64,000 nucleotides of DNA, from contig JBEHYT010000005.1 in NCBI GenBank assembly GCA_048498035.1, positions 107,919 through 171,918 of the forward strand, in the 5' to 3' direction. A model generated the notes under the pieces. That model was not told the DNA's origin, did not search any database, and saw only the letters and a program-made list of their open reading frames with translations. The DNA comes from Bacteroidota bacterium. Lineage in GTDB: Bacteria; Bacteroidota; Bacteroidia; Chitinophagales; Chitinophagaceae. Positions 62,422 through 64,000 of this stretch are shown one piece after another (within the stretch, counting starts at the first letter, position 1; every line of letters starts with the position of its first letter). A program made the translations under genes and the position numbers.

Positions 62422-62910
62422 TTAGATAACAGCAATCAATAAGTCTTCGACTTTCTCCGCCAGTTTCATATCCACATGCTGTAATTCAGCACGGGTTGAT
62501 ACGATCCACTTGCCAGCTACCTGCATCAGGTGAAAAACATATTTGCCTTTTACATGGACATTGTATGTCGTGTACACATTTTCTTCTTCATCTTCTTCCT
62601 CACCTTCGAATATCCAAACATTTAATGGTTCGCCTTTAATGACATCAGCAAACACATACCAGAATTTATCAGAGTCAAGACCGATGGAGTGCTTCACGTC
62701 GTATTTGATAGCATCTGCATAAGGTTGCGATCCGGCACCTCTCAAACCCACCAGCAGATCCTTTTCAATATGGAAGACGTCCTCGTACTGATCGCTGAAG
62801 CGTACCCTGTAATGAAAATCCCGGCCTTCACCCTCTTCGCCGAGGACGGTAGCGGATAATGTTTGGCCGTTGACAATGGCCGGAAAGGTGAAGGTTGATT
62901 GTCCTATCAT
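62422..62910 (-). CDS. Acidic 162-aa protein of unknown function (candidate RES antitoxin/partner)
   Basis: The ATG is at 62910 (the track starts at a GTG at 62913). It has an acidic patch FEGEEEDEEEN and no recognisable HTH. It lies 21 nt upstream of the RES gene. Confidence 0.6.
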   Translation of the reverse strand: MIGQSTFTFPAIVNGQTLSATVLGEEGEGRDFHYRVRFSDQYEDVFHIEKDLLVGLRGAGSQPYADAIKYDVKHSIGLDSDKFWYVFADVIKGEPLNVWIFEGEEEDEEENVYTTYNVHVKGKYVFHLMQVAGKWIVSTRAELQHVDMKLAEKVEDLLIAVI

Positions 62911-62921
62911 CACTCTAAATT

Positions 62922-62936
62922 ACTAAATTAATTAGT
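62922..62936. promoter_or_regulatory. ACTAA-N5-TTAGT palindrome (copy 3), between the SRAP stop and the 163-aa gene start
   Basis: ACTAAATTAATTAGT, preceded by a tandem CTAAATTA pair (62915..62930). It lies 12 to 26 nt upstream of the ATG at 62910. Confidence 0.45.
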
Positions 62937-62940
62937 TAAG

Positions 62941-63804
62941 TCAAAATAATTCTATCTGACCCTGCGCTTCCGACGGCTGCATTCCGGGGATTTCAATTGG
63001 CTGTAATTCCGGATAAAAATGCTCTTTCCACGGTTCATGAGAACTCAGGAAATCCTTGGCCAGAGTATAGTAACTGATCTGCTCCCAGGGAAGGTTGAAA
63101 GAGGCAATTTCTGTGATACGTTTATCGTCCAGTTTGCCAAACATCCACTCCCAGGCCAGGTCATCGGTAAGCATGGTGGGCATCCGACTTTTGCTGTTAT
63201 GAATCTGGCTGGTGACTAAATTTCCGCTGGTGGTTGTGAGGGCACAGGTATCAATTGTTTCACCTGTATCGGCATCGGTCCATTCCTGCCAGACCCCCGC
63301 AATCCAAAAGTATTCCTTGTCTTTCTGTCCAACCCGATACGGGTATTTCTTGGCTGTTTTTAAGGGCTCGCCGGTTCTTTTATTTAACGGGAAAATGTGT
63401 CGCCATTCGTAATAGCCACTAGAAAGAAAAATACATCTACGTTCCTGCGCTGCCTTTCGGTACACTTTACCCGGCTTCACAATTTCCTCAGATACTGCAT
63501 TTAAAAAATTGATGCCTTCATTCCATTTTCCTCTCGCATCTTTATATCCCCTACGCACATTAAACAACTGTTCTCTTGTCTCTATGAACGGCCACCCTAA
63601 GGGATCCGGAATAAAACCCCACTCCATCGGCACAATTTCAAAATCTTCCCTATCCTTCATTGGCTTTAATATGGCAGTGACACCAAAATCAAAACCATTG
63701 ATCACATCCCGCTCCATGAATTTATAATTGGCAACTAATTTCTCTAAATGCTTCAACCTTATAAACTCCTGTTTTGTTACTTTGGTCCCGTTATAATAGC
63801 ACAT
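62941..63804 (-). CDS. SOS response-associated peptidase (SRAP/YedK family)
   Basis: It starts MCYYNG, with the catalytic Cys2 directly after Met. Also present are ...SSGYYEW... and HNSKSRMPTML (the HxRMP motif). Confidence 0.85.
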   Translation of the reverse strand: MCYYNGTKVTKQEFIRLKHLEKLVANYKFMERDVINGFDFGVTAILKPMKDREDFEIVPMEWGFIPDPLGWPFIETREQLFNVRRGYKDARGKWNEGINFLNAVSEEIVKPGKVYRKAAQERRCIFLSSGYYEWRHIFPLNKRTGEPLKTAKKYPYRVGQKDKEYFWIAGVWQEWTDADTGETIDTCALTTTSGNLVTSQIHNSKSRMPTMLTDDLAWEWMFGKLDDKRITEIASFNLPWEQISYYTLAKDFLSSHEPWKEHFYPELQPIEIPGMQPSEAQGQIELF

Positions 63805-64000
63805 CAGTTTATATCTTTTTGTTTGAAATGATTTTCAATTAATTTGCCAACCCCCTCCGCTTCTGATTGACGACCTTCTGGTATCGAGGTCCAAAAAATA
63901 TCTTTAACAAAATCCTTCGTCCTTGCGACAACCAATGGCTTTCTTTTACTGCTGAAAACAACTCTGAAGGCCGTGTATTTGGGAATGTCTAACTCCTCAA
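63804..64000 (-). CDS. Partial ORF (C-terminal 65 codons) translationally coupled to the SRAP gene
   Basis: My own translation gives ...EELDIPKYTAFRVVFSSKRKPLVVARTKDFVKDIFWTSIPEGRQSEAEGVGKLIENHFKQKDIN*. The TGATG stop/start overlaps the SRAP ATG. The N-terminus lies outside the window. Confidence 0.5.
   Translation of the reverse strand, partial: EELDIPKYTAFRVVFSSKRKPLVVARTKDFVKDIFWTSIPEGRQSEAEGVGKLIENHFKQKDIN

Larger units (their letters stand above)
31590..64000. mobile_element. Integrative conjugative element of the Bacteroidota CTn type (left end near tRNA-Pro, right end beyond the window)
   Basis: There is an abrupt, by-eye shift to AT-rich sequence after the tRNA-Pro terminator. The element encodes a tyrosine integrase, an Xis-like HTH protein and the genes traE/F/G/I/J/K/L/M/N, plus cargo. 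The exact left junction is not defined. Confidence 0.85.

Noticed and set aside
1-64000. CRISPR arrays, IS elements or transposases, rRNA genes, prophage structural genes
   Set aside because: I saw no regularly spaced direct-repeat array, no DDE or IS-type transposase ORF, no rRNA-like sequence and no capsid, terminase or tail genes. The only recombinase is the tyrosine integrase at 31859..33130.

Overview
The window comes from a Bacteroidota-type genome, shown by a SusC/SusD pair, a T9SS C-terminal sorting tail and CTn-type tra genes. It splits into two parts.

(1) Positions 1 to about 31,590 are GC-richer chromosomal core. This part holds:
- an ABC-2 exporter;
- a split 5'-nucleotidase;
- dnaA;
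- a Crp/Fnr-linked sulfide/persulfide-handling cluster (TauE, persulfide-dioxygenase-rhodanese fusion, peroxiredoxin, rhodanese, split YeeE/YedE);
- a 17-kb co-directional polysaccharide-utilisation locus (SusC, SusD, two FAD-oxidoreductase paralogues, a GxGYxYP protein, LacI, SGNH esterase, MFS, GH92, ROK kinase);
- tRNA-Ser(GCU) and tRNA-Pro(UGG).

(2) From about 31,590 to the window end the sequence is clearly more AT-rich. It is an integrative conjugative element (ICE) of the Bacteroides CTn type, and its right end lies outside the window. It carries:
- a tyrosine integrase, an Xis-like HTH protein and the genes traE, F, G, I (three copies), J, K, L, M and N;
- a 7-kb insertion inside the tra operon, encoding a 1,833-aa methylase-SNF2 helicase and a T9SS-sorted protein;
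- a pair of polymerase genes, one DnaE2-like and one Y-family;
- a very AT-rich cargo island.

The cargo island is the best candidate for an uncharacterised system. It contains:
- a three-gene ABC-3C-like module;
- a half-degenerate 2H phosphoesterase;
- an operon of SRAP, an acidic 163-aa protein and a RES-domain toxin.

Several of these units share an ACTAA-N5-TTAGT operator-like palindrome with the polymerase cassette. All functional calls rest on motif and family recognition by eye. No database search was run.
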